Shown one piece after another: positions 47,262 through 56,630 of a stretch of DNA of 64,000 bases. This DNA comes from an uncultured delta proteobacterium (GTDB lineage Bacteria > Desulfobacterota > Syntrophobacteria > Syntrophobacterales > Syntrophobacteraceae), in NCBI GenBank assembly GCA_963808625.1, contig CAWEHK010000054.1, forward strand, positions 19,123-83,122, given 5' to 3'. The notes below the pieces were generated by a model, which made no database searches, had not been told where the DNA came from, and saw nothing but the letters and a program-made list of their open reading frames with translations. The first letter of the stretch is position 1, and each line of letters starts with the position of its first letter. Both the position numbers and the translations under genes were made by a program.

Positions 47262-48587
47262 CAGTGATGTCCGGTTAAGAAATTGCATATGATAAGGTGT
47301 AAAAAATGTCAAAAAACAACAGGTTGAGTAACTTTTTTACTTGACATTTCAATTAAGGTGTGGGTCGCGGCCATTTTCGGAAAATCCTATATTTCTAAGG
47401 AGTTACGAAAATGCCGAAGACATTCCACCCTTACGACCGTAAGTACGCTGCGCCGAGTTTTGATGAGCTCTTCAAACCAACTGAAATCACCCTTGCTACT
47501 GCTAATCCCCTGGTGGCAAGAGGGAACCGACCCTTGCAGATGAACTTCGAACAACAACTCAAAGCATTGGTTTACTTTCATCTCGAGGAACACACCTCTG
47601 GGCGGCATCTAATCCAGGCTCTTGAAGAGGATGACTTCGCCCGCAATCACATTGCGCCTCCCGATGGCATCCACAAGAGCAGTTTTTTCGAGGCCATTAA
47701 CAATCGCGGTCTTGAACAGCTTGGTCACGTGTACCAGCAACTTCAGAACCAAGCCTCTAATGTTTTACCCGCCCAGCACACCGAACTTGGTGAACTGGTG
47801 GGCATTGACGGCTCGCTCATCCAGGCTGTCCTCTCTATGTACTGGGCTGACTACCGGGACGGTTCAAAGAAAGCTAAAGTCCATGTTGGCTTTGACATCA
47901 ATCGTGGTATTCCCTCCAAAATCTTTCTCACTGAAGGTAAGGAGGGTGAGCGCCCCTTTGTTGCCATGATCCTCTCACCTGGCCAGACTGGTGTCATGGA
48001 CCGGGGCTATCAGTGCCACAAAAGCTTTGATCAATGGCAAACCGACGGCAAGCACTTTGTCTGCCGTATCAAGGCAAATACCAAGAAAACTTGCATTCAA
48101 ATGAACTCGGTCCCAACCAACAGCATCGTCTTCTACGATGCTATCGTTCTGCTCGGGACTCCAGGTATTAACCAGACACAAAAGCAAGTTCGCCTTGTTG
48201 GATACCGTGTCGATAACGTAGACTACTGGGTGGCTACCGATCGCCATGATCTCTTTGCCGAGCAGATCGCTTTTATCTATAAACTGCGCTGGCAAATCGA
48301 GAAGTTTTTTGCCTGGTGGAAACGTCACCTGAAGGTCTATCACCTTATTGCAAGGACAGAGTACGGGTTGATGGTGCAGATTCTCTCCGGACTTATTACC
48401 TACCTGCTGCTAGCCATCTATTGCCATAATCACTACCAGGAAAAGGTCAGCATCAAGCGAGTAAGAGAGCTCCGCATAAGAATCCAGAACGAGCTTCGCG
48501 ATTCCCAACAAAAACCTCCGATTCCTTCGGATTTCAAAGAGCAGCGAGGAGACAGCTTAATTGCAAAAACCTAACCGGACACCACTG
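47262..48587 (+). mobile_element. IS4-family insertion sequence (1326 bp) with terminal inverted repeats and a 9-bp target-site duplication
   Basis: IRL is CAGTGATGTCCGGTTAAG (47262..47279). IRR is CCTAACCGGACACCACTG (48570..48587). The direct repeat ACCTTGAAT occurs at 47253..47261 and 48588..48596. Confidence 0.9.
47411..48574 (+). CDS. DDE transposase, IS4 family
   Basis: 387 aa. VGIDGSLIQ (D), VMDRGYQCH (D), YKLRWQIEKFFAWWKRHLK (the Y-R-E-K signature). Confidence 0.9.
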   Translation: MPKTFHPYDRKYAAPSFDELFKPTEITLATANPLVARGNRPLQMNFEQQLKALVYFHLEEHTSGRHLIQALEEDDFARNHIAPPDGIHKSSFFEAINNRGLEQLGHVYQQLQNQASNVLPAQHTELGELVGIDGSLIQAVLSMYWADYRDGSKKAKVHVGFDINRGIPSKIFLTEGKEGERPFVAMILSPGQTGVMDRGYQCHKSFDQWQTDGKHFVCRIKANTKKTCIQMNSVPTNSIVFYDAIVLLGTPGINQTQKQVRLVGYRVDNVDYWVATDRHDLFAEQIAFIYKLRWQIEKFFAWWKRHLKVYHLIARTEYGLMVQILSGLITYLLLAIYCHNHYQEKVSIKRVRELRIRIQNELRDSQQKPPIPSDFKEQRGDSLIAKT

Positions 48588-49798
48588 ACCTTGAATATTT
48601 CATCAGGTTTGTTTGCCGGTCTATAGTACACGAAAAATCTCCAATTCAGTTTTTCTTTGCCTGCGTCTATGGCGCTAAGATAATCACTCAAAGTGATTGG
48701 GCTATCCTTCTTCATCCCGATACGCACCGTTTGAGTTCTCCAAGCGAAGGCACCGGGATCGACCGTTTCAATTATATCAAACCCATTTTCAGTTAGCATT
48801 GCACCTGAATCGCCCATATTTGCCGCTCTAACCAGTATTTTAACTTCCACGTAGTTCTCTATGGTATTCGCGTCGATATAATAGCCGGTTGCCTTCCATC
48901 GCCTAGGCGTTATCTCAAGAAAAGGATACCCCACTTTTGGCACCCTCTGTATTTCCGGTGTTTGGTAAATTAACTTGCCACTCGGATCAATCATAGCAGC
49001 TACTGAACCATCAGTCTCGGCAAACCATGTATGTTCATTTGATGCAGTTATTTTTAGATGGCTAGGTATTCTGGAGGTGTCAAAGGATATTACCTTATCA
49101 ATTAAATCCTGATAGGCATGGTCCTTTTTCGATTGTTCCAGCGTTACAATCTCGTTCTGTTTGGTGAATATGTACTCCTCCCTGGAAAATTCTTCCATGT
49201 CGGACTGACGGTGATAAATTATTCTAATATGGTAAACGCCAATCAGGTGATCTCCATCTACGCCGATCCACGATTGCCTGTATTGACTAAAAGGGTCCAG
49301 TTCTTTTATCGAGATCAAGTGGTTAAATCCACCATGACCGCTACCAATGGCTTGAACAATTTCCCTCTTTTCTTCATCATACATATATAGTCCAACGTCA
49401 CATATTACTGAAACGGCCTTTATCGGACCTTCGTTCTTTATTACAATGTCAGGATTCTTTTTGTCTCTAAATGTTTTGCCATCTTCAGTCTTAATAGGAT
49501 ATTCCACGTAGCATGAAATTCCTGGCGTGACATGTTGGTGATGAAGTTTCTTTGACTCCGTATCATTATACCAATTCCATATCCAGGTCGATGACAAAGC
49601 AAGAAAACTCACAAGTACGCCGATAGCTGCCACATTATAATCTGTCTTCTTGATGGCCAGAAATGCCAGAAATCCCCCCAAAACGGCTATGATGATTACC
49701 CACGGCGATACTGCCAGGAAATATTTATCAGCCACAATGAATAAGACAAAGGAAAGAACTAATATGCTAAAAAATATACAGATTGTTTGCAAACTCAT
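48557..49798 (-). CDS. Uncharacterised membrane protein (3 N-terminal TM helices + ~320-aa soluble part), 3' end replaced by the IS insertion
   Basis: Conspicuously AT-rich. N-terminus MSLQTICIFFSILVLSFVLFIV..VIIIAVLGGFLAFLAI..AIGVLVSFLALS. The last 10 codons (SGVRLGFCN*) are IS-derived. Confidence 0.7.
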   Translation of the reverse strand: MSLQTICIFFSILVLSFVLFIVADKYFLAVSPWVIIIAVLGGFLAFLAIKKTDYNVAAIGVLVSFLALSSTWIWNWYNDTESKKLHHQHVTPGISCYVEYPIKTEDGKTFRDKKNPDIVIKNEGPIKAVSVICDVGLYMYDEEKREIVQAIGSGHGGFNHLISIKELDPFSQYRQSWIGVDGDHLIGVYHIRIIYHRQSDMEEFSREEYIFTKQNEIVTLEQSKKDHAYQDLIDKVISFDTSRIPSHLKITASNEHTWFAETDGSVAAMIDPSGKLIYQTPEIQRVPKVGYPFLEITPRRWKATGYYIDANTIENYVEVKILVRAANMGDSGAMLTENGFDIIETVDPGAFAWRTQTVRIGMKKDSPITLSDYLSAIDAGKEKLNWRFFVYYRPANKPDEIFKVSGVRLGFCN

Positions 49799-50271
49799 TA
49801 CTATCTCCAGCGGGTTTCTGTTTCGATTTCTGAGGCAGGCCCGTTAATGAAAATCGCGTAGCTGGGACGGTAGAGGCAGGCCTGTCAGCCATTTCGAATT
49901 GACAGAGCAAAGAAAACAATCGAACAATGCCTCCAAGAGCTGATCGACGACAAGAATAACTTTGTGGCTTCAATCAGTTGTCCGCCGGGAGATCCCAAGC
50001 ATCCTGCCCAGCGGACATTGGAGTCAGTAGTTCGAAAGGTTGTGCGTTGCGAGTTCCGGGTTGCGGGTTAAATGAGTAGCGCCGTTTGTTCAGGTCGCAG
50101 TCCCTTCGGGTGTCATCAAGAGAAATGAGGCTGCGGAACACCTTTAAGGATTGTCCTCCGCCGCGGACAAACGTCTCTGCGCTTCAACACAACTGACAGG
50201 GGTACCGTGCAGTTTCAAACTGTCGCATTGCCGAAAGAGCATCGGCGCCAACGCGTGAGAGTCCGTGCCTG

Positions 50272-50664
50272 CTAAGGCAAGATTCTTTTGATGACCTGCA
50301 GAAGTTCCTCAGCTTCGGGTGGTTTCTCGATGTAGGCCGCCGGCTCCTCGATCTGGCCCCCTTCGTACTCGTCGAGGACTTTCTGGGAGTGGAAGAAGGT
50401 CTTCTTGGCAAGAGCTGAAACCATGATTACGGGGATGGCTTTCAGCTCAGGGTCCTTCTTTAATTCACGATACATGAAGATGCCGCTTTCTTTGGGCATC
50501 ATGACGTCGAGGATGATCAAGGCAGGTTTTTTACTGCGGGCCATCTCCAGCCCCTGCTTGCCGTCTTCTGCTGCAATCGGCTTATAACCGCTGGTCTCCA
50601 GCAAGGTTGTCATGAACACTCTTATATCTTGCTCGTCATCCACCACAAGGACCTTCTTAGACAT
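50272..50664 (-). CDS. Single-domain CheY-like response regulator
   Basis: KKVLVVDDEQD...ALIILDVMMPKESG...IPVIMVSA...YIEKP. Confidence 0.85.
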   Translation of the reverse strand: MSKKVLVVDDEQDIRVFMTTLLETSGYKPIAAEDGKQGLEMARSKKPALIILDVMMPKESGIFMYRELKKDPELKAIPVIMVSALAKKTFFHSQKVLDEYEGGQIEEPAAYIEKPPEAEELLQVIKRILP

Positions 50665-50724
50665 CGTCTTATTCCTCCTGGGATTGCTTACATCTCTTAG
50701 CCGTCACCTTCGTGCAACGGTGCT

Positions 50725-50796
50725 TGTCATAACGGCGGAAGCCAGTATCCAGCCCAGTGCTCTCTCTTCTGGATTCCGGCTTTCGCCGGAATGACG
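50725..50796. repeat. Head-to-head pair of REP family A hairpins
   Basis: TGTCATAACGGCGGAAGCCAGTATCCAG ... CTGGATTCCGGCTTTCGCCGGAATGACG. Confidence 0.7.
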
Positions 50797-50854
50797 TTGA
50801 TCTGCTGAGAAAATCGCTCAGATGAGGTCTCAGCAAGGGAATGGGCCGCTCTGC

Positions 50855-51355
50855 CTAATACATCTTATCCGGTAACGTGAACTGCTTGGCCGGGTTCCTT
50901 ATGGCCATGACATGACAGTGGGCGTATTTGGAAACATTAGCCACCGTGCTCCCATGCTCGATCCTGTCCAATTCGGATTTGCCCAGGGCCCCCATCACGA
51001 TCACATCGACGTCGTGCTGTCTGGCATAGCGCAGGATCTCGATGTCGGGCGCACCACAGCGGATGACAAAAAGATAATCCGTAAAATCCCCAAAGCGCTT
51101 CTCGTAAGTTTCCCGCAAATACTTTTCCGCTTGTTGTTCGATGTCCTTGTCGAAAAAGGCTTCCCCCTCCGGGGACTTCTCCTGAGAAACATGTTGATCG
51201 ACCACATCCCGCCGATACCTGGAAGGAGAATGGGGTACATGCAGGATATGCAGCCTTGCTCCATACTTTTTGGCGAGACTGAAGGCATGCATGAACGCGA
51301 TATTGGCATCCTCGGAAAAGTCCGTACAAAACAGGATGTTCTTGTAATCCAACAT
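50855..51355 (-). CDS. Universal stress protein (UspA family)
   Basis: YKNILFCTDFSEDANIAF..AKKYGARLHILHV...DVIVMGALGKSELDRIEHGSTVANV. Confidence 0.85.
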   Translation of the reverse strand: MLDYKNILFCTDFSEDANIAFMHAFSLAKKYGARLHILHVPHSPSRYRRDVVDQHVSQEKSPEGEAFFDKDIEQQAEKYLRETYEKRFGDFTDYLFVIRCGAPDIEILRYARQHDVDVIVMGALGKSELDRIEHGSTVANVSKYAHCHVMAIRNPAKQFTLPDKMY

Positions 51356-51391
51356 ATCTTTCCCCTTCCTGCTTGAATAAAAGATAATGTT

Positions 51392-52552
51392 TTAGTGGAC
51401 CTTGGAGGCGGCAAGGTCATATCTCTTGGGCAGCCTGATGAAAAAGGCCGTCCCTTTGCCCTTTTCCGATGCCAGCTCGATCTCACCGCCATGTTCGGTG
51501 ATGAGCTTCCTGGTGATCATCAGACCCAGGCCCGTCCCCCGGCTCCCCTTCGTGCTGAAGAAATTGTTGAAGACCTTCTCCCTGGTCGCTTCATCCATCC
51601 CGCAGCCGTTGTCGACGACCTGGTATTCCACGGCCCACCCGTTAACCTTGAGAGAGCGCAGAACAATCTCCAGGGATTTGTTTACGCATTCGAGATCGAG
51701 GCACGCATCGAGAGCATTGGTCACGAGGTTTAGCAGGCACGAGCAGATACCATCCGGGTCCAATAGTGTATAATCCAAATCGGATGTCAGTTCCATCTTT
51801 AAAGTGACACCGCAGCCCTCGGCCCGAGAAAACATGAGGTGAAAAACTTCCTTCACCGGCTGATTGGGGTCAGCCAGCTGGAATTCCGGCTCCCTGTCTT
51901 TGGCGTAGTTCAGCAGGTCCAGGGCGAGGTTCTTGATCTTGGCGACATTGCCCTTGAGCATCTCCCAGCCTTGCTCGAAGTATTGCTCGTTGTGCAGTTC
52001 CCTCCCCTTCTCGAGGACAAACATGCCCCCGGTCAGCCCGCCAATAATGTTCTTGATGGCGTGAGCGAGCGTGGCCACGGTTTGACCGATGGCCGCCAGC
52101 CTCTCCGCTTGCAGCAGTTGCTGGGTCTTTTCCAGGACGAGGGCTTCGAGCCCTTCGGTATACTCGCAGAGCTTCTGCCGCATCCACATCCGGTCGTGGG
52201 CTCTTTTCAGCGCGATCTCGAGAGCTTCCTCACTGATCGGTTTGGTGATGAAATCGGCGGCTTCAAACTGCAGACTCCTGATGGCAAGGTCGAGATCGCC
52301 GTGCCCGGTGAGCATAATGACTTCGGTATCGGCGCTTTCCCGTTTGATCCTCTGCAGCAGCTCGATGCCGTCCATTCCCGGCATCTTGATATCGGTCAGA
52401 ACGATGTCCGGCTTTTTCGCCCGGAAGATGCCGAGCGCTTCCTCGCCGTTCGCCGCCGTCAGCACCTCGTAGCCGACGTCCTGCAAAGATATCCCGAGGA
52501 CCTTGCGGATGCCCTCTTCATCATCGACGAGCAGAATCGTTTCCACCATCAT
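51392..52552 (-). CDS. Hybrid response regulator - histidine kinase (REC + HisKA + HATPase)
   Basis: ILLVDDEEG...DIKMPGMDG..., then LAHAIKNIIGG (H-box), VVDNGCGMD, GTGLGLMITRK. Confidence 0.85.
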   Translation of the reverse strand: MMVETILLVDDEEGIRKVLGISLQDVGYEVLTAANGEEALGIFRAKKPDIVLTDIKMPGMDGIELLQRIKRESADTEVIMLTGHGDLDLAIRSLQFEAADFITKPISEEALEIALKRAHDRMWMRQKLCEYTEGLEALVLEKTQQLLQAERLAAIGQTVATLAHAIKNIIGGLTGGMFVLEKGRELHNEQYFEQGWEMLKGNVAKIKNLALDLLNYAKDREPEFQLADPNQPVKEVFHLMFSRAEGCGVTLKMELTSDLDYTLLDPDGICSCLLNLVTNALDACLDLECVNKSLEIVLRSLKVNGWAVEYQVVDNGCGMDEATREKVFNNFFSTKGSRGTGLGLMITRKLITEHGGEIELASEKGKGTAFFIRLPKRYDLAASKVH

Positions 52553-54826
52553 GCCTCACCCGCTATCGGAAATTGAATGATAAAGTTTGACCCCTCGCCT
52601 TCCACCGTTTCCACGCGGATGTCGCCATCGTAATCCTGGACGATGCCGTAGCTGATGGCCAGGCCCAGGCCCGTGCCCCGGCCCACTTTCTTGGTGGTGA
52701 AGAAAGGATCGAAAATCTTGTCGAGCACCGCTGCCGGGATGCCGGTTCCGGTGTCCCCGATTTCAATGATGACCGTGCCGCTCCGAGCGCTCGTCTTGAG
52801 CGTGATCTTCTTGGACAGGCTTCTTTCTCCTGTCTTTTCAATCTTCTCTTCGATGGCATCGCGGGCATTGATGAGCAGGTTGATGAACACCTGTTCGAGG
52901 CGGTTGGAGTTGGCCAAAACCGGTGGAAGGTTCGCCTGCAACTCTCTTATGACTTCAATTTCCCTGAGTTTCAACTGCTGGCTGAAAATGTCCACGGCTT
53001 TTTCCAGGGCTTCATTGACCTGGACGGCTTCTTTTTTGACTTCGGACTTGCGCCCGAATTCCCGCAGATGATTGATAATTTTGGACGCGCGATCGACATG
53101 GCTGTCGATTTCTTCCGCCATCGTGCGCAGGATCGCCTCCTTGATGGCCTCTTCCTTTTTCACTTTCTTGATCAGAAAGCCGCTCGCCGTCTTGATTACC
53201 GAAAGCGGCTGATTCAATTCGTGGGCGATGCCCGTGGCCATCTCGCCGAGCGTGGCCATCTTGCTGGCCTGGATCAGCTGCTGCTCGGCCAGGAGCCTCT
53301 TGGTGATATCGCTCGAAGTAACCAGCAGCGCACTCTTACCAAGATACTCGGAGGGCGAGATACGCATGTCGGTATAGATGACTCGGCCGTCTTTGGTCAC
53401 CTGCCGCACCTGGCTCAGCGCATCGCCGGTCTTGATCTCCCGCGCATAGCGCTGGCGCTCGCCGGCTTCAAACAGGTCCAGAAAAGGAGTCATCAGGACC
53501 TCCTCCTTCTTCAACCCATAGATGGCGGCAACGCCGTCATTGCAGTCGAGGACCGTCAGAGAGAGGCTATCGAGGACGAAAACGGCACTGGGTATGTTCT
53601 TGAAAATAACGCGATACTTTTCCTCCGACTTCCGGATCTCTTCTTCCAGGCGCTTCATCTCAGTAATATCCAGGCTCGTCTCCATCACGGCGGCGATGTT
53701 CCCGTCCTCATCCCGGATGGGCGAGGTCCGGACAATCCAGTGCGACAGCGCGCCGTCTTTGGTGACTCCCATCTCCTCACTCGCATGAGGCTGGCCGTCT
53801 TCGAAGGTCCGGATTACCGGGCACTGTTCGCACCGCTCCGTCCGCCCTTTGTAGGCTTCGTAGCAGTACTCGCCGGGATGAGGGGCGAACTTCTCGATAT
53901 ATTCCCGGTTGTAGCGAAGGAGCCTCAGGTTCCGGTCCTGCACCGTAATATAGCATGGCACCAGTTCAAACAATTCCTGGTATTCCCGCCGCTGAAGGTC
54001 CAATTCCTCCTGTTTTTCGCTGATCTTCCGGCCCATTTGATCAATAGCCGAGGCCAGCTGGCCGATTTCATCCTCTCTTTCGGATGCCATTTCGCTGTGG
54101 AATTGGCCGCGGCCGATGAGGCGCGTCCAGGAGATCAGCTTCTTGATGGGGCGGTTGACGAAAATCATGAGAAAGACGCCGATCATGGCCGAAGTCGCCA
54201 GGAAACTGAATACCGCCAACAGGATGATCCTCGTTTTGTAGGCGAGGATGCCGCGGTCCGTATTTTCGAGAGACATCACGACGTCGAGGGCGCCCAGAAC
54301 TTTTTTGTCCGGAGGATGAACGTGGCAGGGACCGGGGGAACAAGCGGCCTCATTGTAGATGGGACTGATGATTCCGATCAGGCGATGGTCGCCGCGAAGT
54401 CTCGATAATGCGCGTGCGTGACTGGATATCGACCGCTTCCAGGGGGGGATCGGTCCGGTGACAGATATCGCAGGCCTCTGCCTTGATGCTGGTCACCTGA
54501 TCCACTTCTTCGGACTTGTTGGAAAATTTTATCTGCCCTTGCTTGTTATAAATGCGAACATTTTCAATCCCCTGTTGGCGACCGATATTTTTGATGATCT
54601 CGTTGATATCTTCCCGTGAATTGAGCATCATGGCGTAGTGAGTGCCGAGTTTGATGGTATTACCCAGCCGGTCGACTTCTTCAACAATGCCGTCAATAGC
54701 ATTTTTTTTCTGGTATTCGATATTGAAATAGGCCCAGGTAGATATGCTTACAAATAGAATCAATCCAACCAGAAGTATAAGCCTCGAAATAAGGCTGTGA
54801 TAGATATTGCTGAATCGGTTCGACAT
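52549..54826 (-). CDS. Sensor histidine kinase (TM - periplasmic domain with CXXCH - TM - HAMP - 2 PAS - HisKA - HATPase), one frameshift near 54390
   Basis: N-piece 54350..54826 (ACDICH at 54458..54472). It continues in another frame as RGDHRLIGIISPIYNEAACSPGPCHVHPP..VVMSLENTD into ORF 52549..54279 (IAHELNQPL, GDTGTGIP, GTGLGLAISY). Confidence 0.8.
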
Positions 54827-54924
54827 CGCCTGTCGCCTGTCTCTCGATCGTATTTGGGTGAAGATCTCTTGAAATTTTCATGGTAGGACATGGTTGCGTC
54901 CCCACCAGCAGCCTGCCCCAAAAA

Positions 54925-55019
54925 ACTGTCCAAAAACAAGTTGCACTCATTTCAGCCCCTTTCGAACCACGAAGATCACGAAGAAATCACTTCGTGTCCT
55001 TCGTGATCTTCGTGGTAAG
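54925..55019. repeat. Composite repeat D, copy 2 (inverted relative to 39324..39409)
   Basis: The reverse complement reads CTTACCACGAAGATCACGAAGG...CTTCGTGATCTTCGTGGTTCGAAAGGGGCTGAAATGAGTGCAACTTGTTTTTGGACAGT. Confidence 0.8.
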
Positions 55020-55950
55020 AGAAGGCTTTTTAATTTTGGACGCGCCCTACCGGGATGGCTCACGTCATTCAAAAAAACCCGTCCCTGCTGTAATTTTTTC
55101 TGCAGCGGGCGGGTGAAGACAAAGTTCGATTTCAGTTTCAGTTCCTCTTCGGAAAGCCCAAGCGCCAACCCGATGAACTGCGGCAGATAGAGAATCGATA
55201 CGGTCAGGTCCTCACCGGCGATCTTGGAGGCCTTGGACTGGTAGCTATCGAGATTCATCTGGCACATGGGGCAGATGGTGACGATGCAGTCAGCCCCCTT
55301 CGCTGCCTTCAGGATGCGCCCCACCGCGTCCAGGGCGGCTTCCTTTTTCGTTGTCATCAGGCCGGCGCCGCAGCACCTGGGACCCATCGACCACCGGTGA
55401 ACTTCGGCCCCAAGCGCCTCGATGAGCGGTTCCATGGATTTCGGCTCCTCGGGATCATCGAAGGTGGCATAAGGGCGAAGAGCCTGGCAGCCATAGTATG
55501 GGGCAACCGCAGTCCGGCAAGCGAGTGTTTTGCCCGCTCGCGGACCATTTCAGGGCCGATGTCGTTGGCCAGCACATCCAGGAGATGGCGGACCCTGATG
55601 CCGCCCTGATAGACCAGCTGTTCCTCCGCCAGAACTTGATTGATGTCCCTCAGCAATTTGTCATTCTGTTTGACCTGGTCTTCAACCTTTTGCAGATTCA
55701 AGTAGCAGGCACTGCAAGGGACCAGGAAGTCGGCCTTGAGCGCGGTTCGCTCAGCCAGGGCGAGGTTGCGCGCGGGAAGGACCATGGCCAGGAGGTAGCT
55801 GACCGCGTCGCCGGCGCTCGCCCCGCAGCAGGTCCAGTCTTCCAGCTCCAGCAGCTCCCCTCCCAGAGCGCGCATAACCGCTCGCGTCGAGGCATCGTAT
55901 TCGATTGCGGTGCCTTCCAGCGAGCAGCCGGGGTAATAAAAGTATTTCAT
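54947..55950 (-). CDS. hdrB: Heterodisulfide reductase subunit B-like (two CCG domains), one frameshift at the G-run 55500..55503
   Basis: MKYFYYPGCSLEG...DWTCCGA...VPCSACY... then (one C missing on the coding strand) PYYGCQALRPY...RCCGAG...ICPMCQMNLD. The 3' end of the ORF runs into repeat D. Confidence 0.8.
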
Positions 55951-56525
55951 GAACGTGCCTCCAGTTCCCGCACCTTTTGATAGATTGCCTCCAGTTTCCC
56001 CTTGCCGGAAAAGGTCGGCATTTGCGGTGCAATTTTCCCCTTAACCATCAGCTTTATCCCCAGACGAGTGAAGCCGATGGGGGTAATGGGATTCTTGAGG
56101 GAGAGAAAATACCGGGTCATCATCTCCATTTCCCTCACTCGTCCATAGCGCCGAACGGTATCGAGGAAGGTTTGGTAGAACAGGGGACTTTTCTTGTCGA
56201 TGGCCAGTCCTTCCGCAACGGCCAGGCGCTTCAGGGCGCCGATGGTCTCCGTCAGGGGCAGGCCCCGCGGGCAGCGCAGCGTGCAGTAGTAGCAGCTTGA
56301 GCAAAGCCAGAAGGTCTTGCTGTTAAAGATGTCCTCCTTGAGACCCAGCAGCACCATTCGCCACAATTGCCGTGGGGTAACGTCCATGGCATGGGCATTG
56401 GGGCAGGAACCGGTGCAGGTGCCACATTGCATGCAGGCGCTCACGTTTTCCCAAATTGCCAGCATGGGATCGGCGCCGGCCGATGCCGGGGCCCCTGCCG
56501 GCGCGTCGGATTTATGGGAACTCAT
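55947..56525 (-). CDS. hdrC: Heterodisulfide reductase subunit C-like (2x[4Fe-4S])
   Basis: CMQCGTCTGSCP and CSSCYYCTLRCP cluster motifs. 4-nt overlap with hdrB. Confidence 0.85.
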   Translation of the reverse strand: MSSHKSDAPAGAPASAGADPMLAIWENVSACMQCGTCTGSCPNAHAMDVTPRQLWRMVLLGLKEDIFNSKTFWLCSSCYYCTLRCPRGLPLTETIGALKRLAVAEGLAIDKKSPLFYQTFLDTVRRYGRVREMEMMTRYFLSLKNPITPIGFTRLGIKLMVKGKIAPQMPTFSGKGKLEAIYQKVRELEARS

Positions 56526-56546
56526 GGTTGCAGTCTCCTCTCAGTC

Positions 56547-56605
56547 TGTGGGGCAGGCTTTCCAGCCTGCAAGCCTCCAGGCAGGCTGGAAAGCCTGCCC
56601 CACAC
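56547..56605. repeat. 59-bp palindrome made of two inverted REP family C units
   Basis: TGTGGGGCAGGCTTTCCAGCCTGC-AAGCCTCCA-GGCAGGCTGGAAAGCCTGCCCCACAC, between the hdrA stop and the hdrC start. Confidence 0.8.
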
Positions 56606-56630
56606 TCAGGCATCAATCATGGTTTATCAA

